From positions 434,001 through 498,000 of the forward strand of contig CBFFSA010000003.1 of NCBI GenBank assembly GCA_965644495.1: DNA of 64,000 nt, given 5' to 3'. This document shows positions 1 through 11,026 of this stretch, in pieces. Position numbers and translations under genes: made by a program. How positions within the stretch are numbered: the stretch's first letter is position 1; every line of letters begins with the position of its first letter. Origin of the DNA: Perkinsela sp. CCAP 1560/9 (taxonomy: Eukaryota; Protista; Euglenozoa: Kinetoplastea). The notes beneath the pieces are model-generated. The model was given only the letters and a program-made list of their open reading frames with translations, did not search any database and was not told where the DNA came from.

Positions 1-1
1 G

Positions 2-373
2 GCTTACAGAATTAATAAAGGGCATAAGCCACCTGTCGACCCACTTACTAAATACACCCACTTACTAAGGCGTGCAGTGGCAGCCACATTCGGTGTATGC
101 TGCAAAACAGCGGAACGATATCTTGCGTTCAAGGATTCAAATAGTGATGGGACGAGGAGTACAGTGCCGAGTGACGGTACGAATGAGTCTAAGAAACGAG
201 AACTAGCTTTGATTTCTTGCGCCAACCTTTTACGACGGTACAATGAGACCGAGTTGGACACCCCAGCAAGGGAGAATGTAATGACTTCTGAGACGTGGCA
301 GTCGGAATTACACGAAAGTATCTTGGTTCAAGATTTTCCCGATACGTCCAGAGATTCAGACCCAGAATTCTGA
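2..373 (+). CDS. 3' end of a hypothetical protein (truncated by window start)
   Basis: Frame is open from base 2 (AYRINKGHKPPVDPLTKY...) to TGA at 371-373; same strand as all neighbours; acidic tail. Confidence 0.6.
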   Translation, partial: AYRINKGHKPPVDPLTKYTHLLRRAVAATFGVCCKTAERYLAFKDSNSDGTRSTVPSDGTNESKKRELALISCANLLRRYNETELDTPARENVMTSETWQSELHESILVQDFPDTSRDSDPEF

Positions 374-549
374 AAATATATTTTCACACCCTAGTGGTTG
401 TCCATGGTACCGCGTGCCACCCTTCATGAAGCATTTATTTTTTCTTTGTTCAACTCTTGATAAAATTTCGCAGCACATTTTTGTAAAATTTGAGCTAGCG
501 TGCTTCTTTAGTATTTTTGATTTCCGTCTATTTTTTCTTTCCTAGTCGA

Positions 550-1518
550 ATGGATCCCCAGTCATCTCTTCTCCTTCCGGATGAAATTATCGCATGGCGC
601 CTACGCAATGCCACACCGACACAAACGGGAGTGCAATCTTTAAGCATGTGGTGTTTACTAAACAAAACTCATCGTCGTGCCATTCTGAAGCAATGGCGTA
701 CACACTTGTGCAATGCGGAGCTTCCCGAAAGGACGCGAGTTGCACTTTTGTACATCGTGCACGATATTTTACACAATATTATCTCGGCTTCCTCCGATAC
801 ACGTATGCGGGCACGTATCTATCTCGAAGATATCTGTGTGGAACTGCCGCTGGCCGTGATGGCTGTATCACAAGAACTCCGCGAGGCATCTAATTTGGGA
901 CCCGAACAGGAGGCTTTAATCGAGTGCCTGTCGAAACTTGTGCTTGCTTGGAAAGAAATGGGCATCTTTCCACCCACAATAATGAAAACGTTGTGGAATG
1001 CAGTGGATCGAACCAGGCAGTTTTCCGGGAAACCACCGCTTACAGTTTTGAAGGCTATACCCGCATCAGAAATAAAGCATGACGTTGCACCATGCCTCGG
1101 TGAATTGGCTACAAAACAACGAACCTTACAAGACTTAGTGGAGAAATGGCGCAAGACTCGATTGTCACAAAAGATTAAATCGGAAACAAGCTCAAAAACA
1201 GATACGGAGGAAGCGGAGCATAAGGAACTTCGTAAAGCTCTGGAATGCGTTACCCAAGCGCTGCAGTTTGTTACGAGAGAAATTATTTCTCCATTACAGC
1301 ATACGGAAGCAGAATTAAGAGCAAGGGAACATGAGTTAGCTGGCCTCGATGAAGCAAAGGAAGTGACAAAAGATATCGGCGTATGTAATACAAAATTACA
1401 CCATGAAGATAAGCTGGCGCACCCTATAGAAGACAGACGAGTGGAGGATAATATTCAACATCCCGCTGAGACCTCCTACTCTGGTACTGGAGTATTGGAC
1501 GATCTTTTCGATGACTAG
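550..1518 (+). CDS. CID/RPR (RNA Pol II CTD-interacting domain) protein, RPRD1/Rtt103-like
   Basis: N-terminal 'PTQTGVQSLSMWCL...ILKQW...RVALLYIVHDIL' matches the CID consensus; coiled-coil C-terminus; ATG 550 follows a pyrimidine tract and AG (544-545). Confidence 0.75.
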   Translation: MDPQSSLLLPDEIIAWRLRNATPTQTGVQSLSMWCLLNKTHRRAILKQWRTHLCNAELPERTRVALLYIVHDILHNIISASSDTRMRARIYLEDICVELPLAVMAVSQELREASNLGPEQEALIECLSKLVLAWKEMGIFPPTIMKTLWNAVDRTRQFSGKPPLTVLKAIPASEIKHDVAPCLGELATKQRTLQDLVEKWRKTRLSQKIKSETSSKTDTEEAEHKELRKALECVTQALQFVTREIISPLQHTEAELRAREHELAGLDEAKEVTKDIGVCNTKLHHEDKLAHPIEDRRVEDNIQHPAETSYSGTGVLDDLFDD

Positions 1519-1708
1519 ACAGAGCCAATACCGCTACTTCTATATTCCTGCATACTTCAAAAAAATATGGAAAGACAGTTAGTGTAAAGTTTGTAGCATA
1601 TTTTGTACTCTAGCAATCGAATACTATACTGTACGTCACATACTCTATCTAGTAATCCGTTAGCCACTTTTCTCTACCGCTTAACAGTAAATAATGTGAT
1701 TCGAAGGA

Positions 1709-3007
1709 ATGACAGACGCATACTTTGAGGAACCACTTTTGGCCCATTCCTTTATTGCTCACAACTCTCTTCTTCGACATGCTCGATGTGATTCCACAAA
1801 ATCTGTGGCTGTCCCGCAACCCACTTTGTCAACCGGACCTTATGGTCGTGATTTTATTAGTTCGCTGTGTTGTTCTCCGGATGGTTGTTTGATCGCAACG
1901 ACATCTATCGACGCTGTCATACGACTGTGGTGTCCGTCTTCTGTTGTCGAGAATTTTAAGAAAAAGGATTTGCAAACTCGATCCATGGGATCGAATCGGC
2001 CTCAAGGGGAAAATACGCCCGGGAGACCACTACCTCTGAAAGTTTTATATTCCCCCTTCACGCCGACAGCTTGTAATTTTGTCATCCCATGTACGAAGGG
2101 AACTTCAGTGCCCTCTGGGAGCGCAAATGACTCATACTCTTTTATTGATCCCCAGAGAGCAGAAGAAAAAATCATTGAGGCGAAATATCAGTTAGCCGTC
2201 GGTACAAGAAATGGAGAAGTTTATGTTTATTCCTTGTCTACAGGGACCATTCAAATTTCGTTAAGCACGAGTGAAATAGCGAATGAGTTTCCTCACGGTG
2301 ATTCGGTCGGCCAGGAATCAAAATACAGTATCACCGCTTTGGATTGCGCTCCGATGAATTTGCATGGGTGCCAACAGGTGGTGATATCCGCCTGCTTTTC
2401 TACAGGCCATATACTTTTAATGAAGTATGACCAAGAAGAATCGAAGGCTTCTTCCTTGCAATGGATACATCCCAATACAGTACTGGGGAGGGAACTGAAG
2501 GTTTGCCACTACCATTCCGTCGACCTGGTATTATTTGCAAAAGAGATAGACCGTTTACAGAACATTTCCCTAAAACTATCGTATTGCGACGACGTTTGCC
2601 TTAAGGATTGCAAAATATGTGCCGTAGTGCCCGATAAGCTGGATGATTTTTCGAAGTCGGTATGGAGGAAGGAAATGGAGATGAGTGTAGAGTTACATTC
2701 CGTCTTGACAGCGGTAGTCTCACAACTTTCTGAGAACTGCGATGTGATTCCATGTTCAGGATTGCAGCCTGCGAATGAAAGCATTTCTAGTACGTGTCAC
2801 CAAATAAGCACAGTGCGAGAAATATGTTTTGATAAAACGTTTTACTGCAAGGAACTCCTGAAGAATTCCTCTGGGGTTACTGCGACTTTGAGCGAACAAA
2901 GTGAGATTCAAGCTTTGGAGGAGGAAATCACGCGTATGAAGAAGAAAAAAGATCGATGGGCAAGATACATAGAAGAACTCAATCGCCGCTTGAAAGAAAA
3001 AGTATAG
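1709..3007 (+). CDS. WD40-repeat protein with C-terminal coiled coil
   Basis: 'ISSLCCSPDGCLIATTSIDAVIRLW' and 'LAVGTRNGEVYVY' WD40-like repeats. Confidence 0.65.
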   Translation: MTDAYFEEPLLAHSFIAHNSLLRHARCDSTKSVAVPQPTLSTGPYGRDFISSLCCSPDGCLIATTSIDAVIRLWCPSSVVENFKKKDLQTRSMGSNRPQGENTPGRPLPLKVLYSPFTPTACNFVIPCTKGTSVPSGSANDSYSFIDPQRAEEKIIEAKYQLAVGTRNGEVYVYSLSTGTIQISLSTSEIANEFPHGDSVGQESKYSITALDCAPMNLHGCQQVVISACFSTGHILLMKYDQEESKASSLQWIHPNTVLGRELKVCHYHSVDLVLFAKEIDRLQNISLKLSYCDDVCLKDCKICAVVPDKLDDFSKSVWRKEMEMSVELHSVLTAVVSQLSENCDVIPCSGLQPANESISSTCHQISTVREICFDKTFYCKELLKNSSGVTATLSEQSEIQALEEEITRMKKKKDRWARYIEELNRRLKEKV

Positions 3008-3235
3008 TAAGGTACTGATTATGTTTAGTTTCGAAAAATAGTATTCAATCACGTGAAGTACAGTACCTGCTTGCAATTCTCCTTTCAGACTTTACGCTAT
3101 TGTTGAATTAAATTTACATCGTATTCATTTTATACACCACAATGTACTAAATGTAGAACAATATCGTATTTCTCTACTTTTCTCTTCCTGAAAATTGGGT
3201 GTTCAAAAATTCCCGAAAAGTATATATTACGAGAG

Positions 3236-4528
3236 ATGAATGCAGCTCTATCCAAGCCCACAGCGGCGTATACGGAACGAGTAGCAAAGGGGCTAGTGCT
3301 TTCAGACGCAAAGCAAATGCGTTGCCTCACCTCGTGCTTGGATCCTCTTCACACAAGCTTAACGCAATACGCAGGATCCGGTACCTCCGAAAGTCGATCT
3401 CGATCTCGTCTTCAGGGTATTAAAGGGGCATATCTCTGGGGTGGTGTAGGCTGTGGAAAAACGTATTTGATGGATCTTTTGGAGAGCTGCCTCCCACAAA
3501 ATCTTACCCGAAGACGTGTCCACTTTCACGCATTTATGTCCGAGGTCCACAAGACCATACGTGACATAAAAAAGAAGGATTCCGTAACTGATGGAATGCG
3601 TGAGACAACGAAACGCTTGATAGGAGATGTGGAAGTACTCTGTTTTGATGAGATGATGGTTACAGATGTTGCCGATGCAATGATTCTAAAACGGTTGTTT
3701 AACTCATTCGATGAACTGGGCTTGTGTTCCGTGGTGACATCGAATCGACCCCCGGGCGATCTGTATGCTAACGGACTGAACCGCGAGCTGTTTCTCCCGT
3801 TTGTCTCTTTGCTAAAAAAGCGTTGTACAGTGTTTGACATGGAGTCCGATGTTGACTACCGTTTACGTAACAAACAAACATCGTCAACTGAATCTCGTCG
3901 GTATTTCTCACCGTCGGACAACAAAACAGAGCGTGAAGCATTTTACCATCTACTCACAAAGCTACGAAATGGTGAGACCTTGTCCCCTGCAACACTTGTC
4001 AGTTCGGTCAACCGTCTTGTTTCGGTTCCATGCGCTGCTCAGCAGCATGGAGTGTGTCTTTTTACCTTTCAGCAGTTGTGCGGCGAGGAGCGCAGTGCCA
4101 TTGATTACGAGGCCATTGCACAGTCTTTTCCTTATGTTTTCGTGACCGATATTCCTCATATTTCGCTGCGCCAGTCTTCAGAGGTACGACGACTTATTAT
4201 TGCACTGGACGTATTCTATCAACACCGGGTAAAGCTGGTGTGTCTAGCAGATGCTGATCCAGCCCACTTATGTCCCGAAATGGAATCTACTCCCCAATCG
4301 GGGCGAGCGGAGCTCTCCGATGACGATCGTCACATGATTGATTCGTTGGGTCTCACAGAAAACGGAAAAAGCACAAGTAACCGCTCCATGAACATTTTTA
4401 CACATCAAGATGAACGGTTCATGATGGATCGAGCGCTATCGCGGTTGTATGAGATGTCGACACCTGAGTACTGGAATCGACAGGAGACGGCAAAATCCGC
4501 TGCCTCATCTCATGCGATGTACGTTTAG
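3236..4528 (+). CDS. AFG1: AFG1/LACE1 (ZapE-family) ATPase
   Basis: 'KGAYLWGGVGCGKTYLMD', 'RVHFHAFM', 'LCFDEMMVTDVADAMIL', 'TSNRPPGDLY', 'RALSRLYEM'. Confidence 0.92.
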   Translation: MNAALSKPTAAYTERVAKGLVLSDAKQMRCLTSCLDPLHTSLTQYAGSGTSESRSRSRLQGIKGAYLWGGVGCGKTYLMDLLESCLPQNLTRRRVHFHAFMSEVHKTIRDIKKKDSVTDGMRETTKRLIGDVEVLCFDEMMVTDVADAMILKRLFNSFDELGLCSVVTSNRPPGDLYANGLNRELFLPFVSLLKKRCTVFDMESDVDYRLRNKQTSSTESRRYFSPSDNKTEREAFYHLLTKLRNGETLSPATLVSSVNRLVSVPCAAQQHGVCLFTFQQLCGEERSAIDYEAIAQSFPYVFVTDIPHISLRQSSEVRRLIIALDVFYQHRVKLVCLADADPAHLCPEMESTPQSGRAELSDDDRHMIDSLGLTENGKSTSNRSMNIFTHQDERFMMDRALSRLYEMSTPEYWNRQETAKSAASSHAMYV

Positions 4529-4889
4529 CGCCACTTTTTTACTTAACCTGGGAGCTGTGCGTGAGTCCTAGGGAAATGATACGACGATCATTCCCTGCCG
4601 TACGTATCATATCTATCATAGCTGAGTTCCAGCTATGAAATCGTAGCGGATGCTACCGATCAGCTTCAAAAAGGCTGATTTGCTTCAACTGATACACACG
4701 GCATTTGTGCATTGGGCTTCAATTGCAATTTTTTGCAACTATTCACTTGCATTTTTGGCTACTAAACCATTGCATTTTTTAGTTTTCTATCACATTGTAC
4801 TTTGTGTAAATGATATTGTGTACTTCAAAGAAAAGTTGACAAGCTGACCGTGTATTCTTTCTCTTCGCCTTGACAGAATTATCCAACCA

Positions 4890-4921
4890 TTTCCTTCCTT
4901 AACACACTTTTTCCTTCCTAG
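4890..4921 (+). promoter_or_regulatory. Polypyrimidine tract + AG: probable trans-splice acceptor of PABP (similar signals at ~525-545 and ~46421-46446)
   Basis: 'tttccttccttaacacactttttccttcctAG' 17 nt upstream of the ATG; typical kinetoplastid SL acceptor arrangement. Confidence 0.55.
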
Positions 4922-4938
4922 TGGTTTACTGTTTCTGA

Positions 4939-7191
4939 ATGTCCGCTAATCCAGCAACTGAGACCGCGCCCGTCCCGGAGATTCCCATCCCAGCGGACAT
5001 GTCCCATCCCACCCCCGAAGGTGTGCCCCTTGGCACGGAACCCACCACCTCCGCCACACTCTATGTCGGCAACATCACCCCGGAGATCAGCGAGCCCGCC
5101 TTGTTTGCGTTCTTCTCCAAGCACAGCCCGGTGACCTCCGTGCGGGTGTGTCGGGACCTTAACACACAGGCCTCCCTGGGGTATGGCTACGTGAATTTTT
5201 CCTGCACCGAGGACGCAGAGAAGTCGCTGAACGCGCTGAACTACGTCCCCATTCGTCCCGGAGCTAAACCGATGCGGCTGATGTGGTACGAGCGTGACCC
5301 GACGAAGCGGAAATCGGGACACGGGAACATTTTTATTAAGAATCTCACTAAGGATGTCGACGACAAGAGTTTGGCGAAAATCTTTGCAAAGTTTGGTGCA
5401 ATCACCTCCGCGAAAGTCGGACGTACCCGCAAAGGAGAAAGTATGGGTCACGGATTCGTGCAGTTTGAAAATGATTCCGAGGCAGATACGGCTATTGCGG
5501 AAATGAATGGTGCGAAGATCAACGACCTTGAACTGTACGTGGGTCCTTTCAAATCGACCAAAGAGCGTTTCGGTGAACAGGATGGATCCTACACGAACGT
5601 GTTTCTTCGTAATCTCAAACCAGATCTCACCACTGATGCTTTGAAGGAATATTTGTCGAAATTCGGAAAAGTTGTCAGCGTCTCTGAACTCACCGAGAGT
5701 AAACAATTCAAAGCCAAGTTTGGCTTTGCGAGCTTTGAATCCCACGAGGAGGCTCTCAAGTGCGTTGAGGAACTCAACGACAAAGTCATTGAAGAAATCG
5801 GCGGTGACCTCACCTTGTTTGCCGGTCGTGCTATGAAAAGTGCGGAACGTATGAAAGCCGTTCAGTACGCTGCCACAGAAGACGGCAAGGGGGCGGAATT
5901 CCTCGAAGGCAATGTCTACGTCAAAAATATCCCCGATGGCTTCACCACCGAAAAACTCACTGAACTTTTCTCCAAAATCGGCGAGGTCAGCAGTGCCGTC
6001 GTGATGCAGGACACCACCACCGGGCTCTCCAAAGGCTACGGCTTTGTCCGATTCAAATCCCGTGAGGACGCCGACCGTGCAATCTCCGTCCTGAACGGCA
6101 AACTGGTCGCTGGCAAACCCCTCCTCGTTACCCCCTTCCTTAACCTCCAACAACGTCGTCGGTACCGTGAGACCCAGGCGACCGGGGGGGCCAGCACCGC
6201 GGGGCTGCCTACCGCACTACCCACGTACCCCGGGGCCCCTGGCCACCCACGATGGCCGCTCCCTCATGCCTACCCCACGGCCTCGGCCCACCCCGGGCTT
6301 CCCCCCTCTGGGATCCCTCCATTGGCTGGACCCTACGGCACCGCCTCCCCGAGTTACTATGGTGGCAGTCCGTATCCAGCCGTAATGAGTGCAATGGGGA
6401 GAGGGGGAGGCGTCGGGGGACCGGGAGGGTATCCCCCACGAGGAGGTATGGTCCCCGGCCGGGGAATGGGAGCCCCAGGGGGCGTAGCCGTACCCGGGGG
6501 AACCCCCGCAACCGGGGCGAACCCCATGGGAATGGCCCCGGCTCGTATGCCCTATGGTTACCCTCCCCGGGTGCCTCCGAGTGCGATGCCCGGGATGGGA
6601 ATGCACCCCCCGGGAAATCCCCATCTGGGCGTGAATCCGAATTTGGTGAATCCCCGACCTCATCCATTCTCCCAGGCAGGGATGATGATGCAAGGAGGGG
6701 GACGAGGGGTAGGAGTTCCCCCGGTAGGGGCTGGAGGCGTTCCAGCAGGAATGCTCCCGCCCGCAGGTGGGGTGGCAGGGCCACAACCGCATTTGATGCG
6801 GCCGAAGATGCCTGCGATGGCTCCGGCGGTGCCCCAGCGACCCGGGGTACAGGGGATGCCGACTTCGGCGTATGGGAGTGGTCCACAGGCGCCGGCACAA
6901 CCCAGTGTGACGCCCCCACCCCCCGTGAAAAGCATTCCCGGGTTTCAGGGACTACCACCGTTGACGTCCTCCGCGCTCGCGGCGATGAGCGAAGAGGAAC
7001 AGAAAAATGCGTTAGGCGAGCGATTGTATGCTCGAATTGAGTCGCAAGAGCCGGAGCAGGCTGCGAAAATCACAGGGATGCTGTTAGAAATGGACACGAC
7101 CGAGATTTTGAATGTCCTGGAGGATCCTAACATCTTACAAAGTAAACTCTCAGAGGCATTGAACGTGCTGCGGGCGTACAAGAGTGCGTAG
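4939..7191 (+). CDS. PABP: Polyadenylate-binding protein (4 RRMs, long Pro/Gly/Met linker, MLLE domain)
   Basis: RRMs LYVGNI/IFIKNL/VFLRNL/VYVKNI, 'SLGYGYVNF', C-terminal 'QKNALGERLY...AAKITGMLLEMD'. Confidence 0.97.
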   Translation: MSANPATETAPVPEIPIPADMSHPTPEGVPLGTEPTTSATLYVGNITPEISEPALFAFFSKHSPVTSVRVCRDLNTQASLGYGYVNFSCTEDAEKSLNALNYVPIRPGAKPMRLMWYERDPTKRKSGHGNIFIKNLTKDVDDKSLAKIFAKFGAITSAKVGRTRKGESMGHGFVQFENDSEADTAIAEMNGAKINDLELYVGPFKSTKERFGEQDGSYTNVFLRNLKPDLTTDALKEYLSKFGKVVSVSELTESKQFKAKFGFASFESHEEALKCVEELNDKVIEEIGGDLTLFAGRAMKSAERMKAVQYAATEDGKGAEFLEGNVYVKNIPDGFTTEKLTELFSKIGEVSSAVVMQDTTTGLSKGYGFVRFKSREDADRAISVLNGKLVAGKPLLVTPFLNLQQRRRYRETQATGGASTAGLPTALPTYPGAPGHPRWPLPHAYPTASAHPGLPPSGIPPLAGPYGTASPSYYGGSPYPAVMSAMGRGGGVGGPGGYPPRGGMVPGRGMGAPGGVAVPGGTPATGANPMGMAPARMPYGYPPRVPPSAMPGMGMHPPGNPHLGVNPNLVNPRPHPFSQAGMMMQGGGRGVGVPPVGAGGVPAGMLPPAGGVAGPQPHLMRPKMPAMAPAVPQRPGVQGMPTSAYGSGPQAPAQPSVTPPPPVKSIPGFQGLPPLTSSALAAMSEEEQKNALGERLYARIESQEPEQAAKITGMLLEMDTTEILNVLEDPNILQSKLSEALNVLRAYKSA

Positions 7192-7742
7192 TTTCCCCAA
7201 AGTAACTCTCAGCGACATGTGTAGAAGGGATACGTGCGGGTGCTTTGGGCTAGCAAGTGTGATACGAAATGCTTGTATTTTTTTTATGATAAAAATATAT
7301 CTTCAAAAAATTGCTATTCTACCTTTTTCAATTACTTACAACCCGTTTTTGCAAAGGAGATGGAATTGTTCCAACAATTTGTGAACGAATTGACAGTATA
7401 ATGTTGCATATTGCTCAGAATAGTCTAAGTATGAGTTTTGAAAGATTTATAAATTTGGATAGTTTTCGAAAAGAAAAAAGAAGAAGGCAATAAAAGCTCA
7501 GGGCACGTAAAGATTTTGAGTTCTTTACCTTGATTCTTAATATAGAGTTTCTTTAAATTAAGGATTTAGTAATACTTTTATCTATTGTGCACTGAAACTA
7601 CGTACGAAGCAAGCTGACAGGGATGCATTGTACTTACGTTTGAGACACCAACTCTTATACTACGAGAGATGTTATACAGAATCTTTTTGGGCTGCTAGTA
7701 GGTAGAACAATTTTTAAAGAGGTAATTTTAAATGTGACCTGT

Positions 7743-9047
7743 ATGCAAACATACACGCCAGAGGAAATAAATCTACTGCAGCGCTTCTTACCAAAAGCAC
7801 TTGACAAATTTGCTCGCACGGAATCTGACGTTGCAAATCCCTATGAGATTCTAGGTATTTCTTCTGACGCGACATATCCTGAGCTACAGCGTGCCTATAG
7901 ACAGAAATGTCTACTCACACATCCAGATAGGACACAGGAAAGTTCTGCCGCGTCCGAAGGATTTTGTCTCATACAAAGTGCATTTCAATTTCTTTGTAAC
8001 TCTGAGCTACGTCGAACTTATGATAGAATGCGCGGAGCAAGGTCATGTAGCGACACACACAGACAGCTCAGCAGCCCTTCAATGCTGAGGTCACGCATCT
8101 CGCGGTGGATGAAGAAAGAAAATGATCGCCACTTACCCTACATTTCTTTCCCCCCCGTTTGGAGGCACTCCAAAGATAATCAAGATTCAAACACAATTGC
8201 CGCACGCACTGCTGTAAAAGAAAAGGAGGGCTACTTTGCCAATGCTGAACCCCACAAGAATTCTCATGATCGTCTCTTAGAAAGACTACAAACGCCCTGT
8301 TCCGACCTTTCCTTCATCAGATGTACTGCAACTCTGCATCGAGGTGAAATAACTATCGATGCAACAACGAAAGGGAGAGGAAACCCAGCGATTGCTCAGC
8401 ACCAAAGTTGGGGTCTCGTTGTTGATTCTAATCTTACTCTTCTACGATGGTCACAGCCAGTGACAGAGAAAGAGCAGAAAAACATTCACTTGAGCTCAGA
8501 CGCTGCGCATAAGATTACGGATTCACGAGAATTAAGTACACCAGTTCATATTTCTCCTTCAGGCATACTGATTCCGAAATCTAAAATAATTCTTGTAAAT
8601 GAAGAGATTGCCTCGATGCCAGTCTTACAGCGAGAGGCCTGTCGATCAACTACTTTAGATCTCGAGCTCGAAATAGAAGTCTTTTCAGTATTTTTGTCGT
8701 GTAATCTGCCTGTGTCAGATTTTATAATTATGCAAGACACTGTACAAACCTTATGGTGCTTTTCCCTGCGTATTGATGATCTGACTGTCTGTGATTGCAC
8801 TCCTGGAGGAGGAGCCCATCTGATTTACAAACAGATACAACGAAGGCGCCTATTATTTATAGGTCATGAATTTATTCGCAGCATAGAAGATCTGATACAT
8901 TGTCTTGAAACATTGACAAGAAATGTGTCATCTTCTGATCCGAAAAAAATGTCTTCTGCTTCATCTTATACCTGTAATGCAACTGAAGTGCAGATTGATG
9001 CATCCTCTACGAGCCTTACCTTTGCCTGTAAACCGACCGTTGACTGA
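7743..9047 (+). CDS. DnaJ (J-domain) protein
   Basis: 'NPYEILGI...LQRAYRQKCLLTHPDR...F..IQSAFQFL...RRTYD' with HPD motif. Confidence 0.85.
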   Translation: MQTYTPEEINLLQRFLPKALDKFARTESDVANPYEILGISSDATYPELQRAYRQKCLLTHPDRTQESSAASEGFCLIQSAFQFLCNSELRRTYDRMRGARSCSDTHRQLSSPSMLRSRISRWMKKENDRHLPYISFPPVWRHSKDNQDSNTIAARTAVKEKEGYFANAEPHKNSHDRLLERLQTPCSDLSFIRCTATLHRGEITIDATTKGRGNPAIAQHQSWGLVVDSNLTLLRWSQPVTEKEQKNIHLSSDAAHKITDSRELSTPVHISPSGILIPKSKIILVNEEIASMPVLQREACRSTTLDLELEIEVFSVFLSCNLPVSDFIIMQDTVQTLWCFSLRIDDLTVCDCTPGGGAHLIYKQIQRRRLLFIGHEFIRSIEDLIHCLETLTRNVSSSDPKKMSSASSYTCNATEVQIDASSTSLTFACKPTVD

Positions 9048-9202
9048 AAAAAGCGAGAAAAACTAATCTTCGGAAAGAATAGTACTGTGTTTTATTGTCT
9101 TGCTGATGTACCTGTAAGTCTTTTAATCTAAGATAAGATTCACACACAGTCTTTTTAGAATTTTCTACGTTCTTATATTGGTTCTTACATTGTTGTATCA
9201 TC

Positions 9203-10516
9203 ATGTTGTCTGCCCTATCTGAGCCTATCCCAGACGACGCAACTTCCGCCATTGGCGACTGTCCTACGCCCTCTTCACTCCAAAATGCAAAAGAGCGTAT
9301 TCGAATATTGGAAATGGGTATCAAGGATAAAGAAGCGAATTGCAAGACCCTTAAGGAAGAAATTGCTATTCTCGAGGAACTCAACACAACGAATTTGATG
9401 GCTATTCGAAAAGTCGAAAACTCTGCTTTGACTGCGAATCGTCGGAAAGGTCCTTTATCTAGTTCAACGGTCTCGGAGTTAATTGATTTAGATAACCGAC
9501 TCAAAAGTGAAGGACAGGTCCATGACAACCTTCTCGAAGAGCTTCGCACGAAAGAGGGCTCCATTTCCACAAAAAACAATGAAATCAAAAAAATAGAGCG
9601 TGAATTAGAGGCTGCAAAGCAAGATACAGAATATGAGACACGATGCCAGGCGAAAATTTCCTTTCCGGAAGCGTTTGACATGGAAAACAAACACGGAGAG
9701 CTGAGACGATCACTCACGAGGATGTATAATGAGCAGAAAGCAATAAAAAATTCAGCATCCGCGAAAACGGAGCTTTTGCAAGATATAACTGAAAACCTTC
9801 AAAGCCTAAACCGCGTAGATAATGAGCTTCGGGATGTACTTCAGGAGCTTGACGAAAACGAATTGGAAGAGCAAGACATCAAGGAGGAGCTACGTCGAAT
9901 GGAGCAGGTAACAAGGCGAAAGGACATACTTCTTACCGAGCTTAGTCGGAAAGATGAACATGCGTATATGCGTAATCTTGAAAACCAAAAGCGTACCACG
10001 CATCACAACATTAAGAAAACAAAGGAGGTCTGCAACAACCAAAACCGATCCATCGAGACCGAAGAAAGAAATGTGCAGCTCGTAACGACGAAGATGACAA
10101 ACGCAATACAAATTCTACGAACTATGCGCGAGTCTGCTGGGGAAGTCTCTGAGGAAGACCGTAAGTTACTGCAACCGGATATTGAAGCAGAAGCCGAGAC
10201 AGTCAATAGAGATGTTTTTGACGCTACAGAGAAAGAATTCTTAGATCTCAGACCTAAACTAGAATCATCTAGCCTCTTTTTAGATGATCTTGATCATGAA
10301 CTCGAAGCCTTGGAGAAAAAGATTGAGGTATTGCTTAAAGCGCAAATTTCGGATGCAAGGAAACATAAAATGGATACGCTGGAAGGGCGAAAAGATACCT
10401 TAAAGCTGCAGGAACTTCTTAATCGATGTGAAGACTTGTCATTGGATTTCAAAGGAATGAGAATAGCGCGACCAGAGTATTCCTCGGTAGGTACAACAGT
10501 GGTTTCATCTCCTTAA
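9203..10516 (+). CDS. Coiled-coil hypothetical protein
   Basis: 437 aa ORF rich in E/K/L/R with heptad periodicity. Confidence 0.7.
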   Translation: MLSALSEPIPDDATSAIGDCPTPSSLQNAKERIRILEMGIKDKEANCKTLKEEIAILEELNTTNLMAIRKVENSALTANRRKGPLSSSTVSELIDLDNRLKSEGQVHDNLLEELRTKEGSISTKNNEIKKIERELEAAKQDTEYETRCQAKISFPEAFDMENKHGELRRSLTRMYNEQKAIKNSASAKTELLQDITENLQSLNRVDNELRDVLQELDENELEEQDIKEELRRMEQVTRRKDILLTELSRKDEHAYMRNLENQKRTTHHNIKKTKEVCNNQNRSIETEERNVQLVTTKMTNAIQILRTMRESAGEVSEEDRKLLQPDIEAEAETVNRDVFDATEKEFLDLRPKLESSSLFLDDLDHELEALEKKIEVLLKAQISDARKHKMDTLEGRKDTLKLQELLNRCEDLSLDFKGMRIARPEYSSVGTTVVSSP

Positions 10517-11026
10517 TTGCAGATCTTAAATTCAGATCAAACTACGTGAAAATTTTGGACTGCGGAAAGTTCCTAGGACTGCAGAAGCATGCCTGAATTT
10601 TACTATTGATTCGGAAGGGGTTTTATGCAAATCAAATATGTGATTATGAGGAACACTATGTATTCTTTTGTGTTTCTCTCAATTATGTGAAAAAAATACA
10701 TCTCGAGATGATCGAGGCTCACGTGTAATATAGTCCTACTGGAGCAACCCACGTGCATTTTATAATTTTATAAACTTGTACTTGTATGCAGACGAAAATA
10801 GAGGGTTACAGCTACGTATAATAAGAGAACACTACAACGCAGTTGTATAGCGTGCTTATGAATAAGTAATCGTAAAACGGTGCCTCATAAACGGGTTTTG
10901 AAGTTCCTGTTTTAAGAGCTATTTTAAGACTTCTAAGGAATCAGCCCGATTACTTTAAATACGAGCATCCAACAATACTACGCAAAGATTTCATGCTAAA
11001 TAGGAAAAGTATTACTGCGATTTTTC

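Noticed and set aside
4918-6153. 411-aa minus-strand ORF
   Set aside because: In-register antisense shadow of codon-biased PABP; no recognisable motifs.
6209-7040. Several 220-260 aa overlapping ORFs
   Set aside because: By-products of the GC-rich, stop-poor PABP linker.
9016-9717. 233-aa minus-strand ORF
   Set aside because: Antisense to a coiled-coil gene; Ser/Phe-rich shadow composition.
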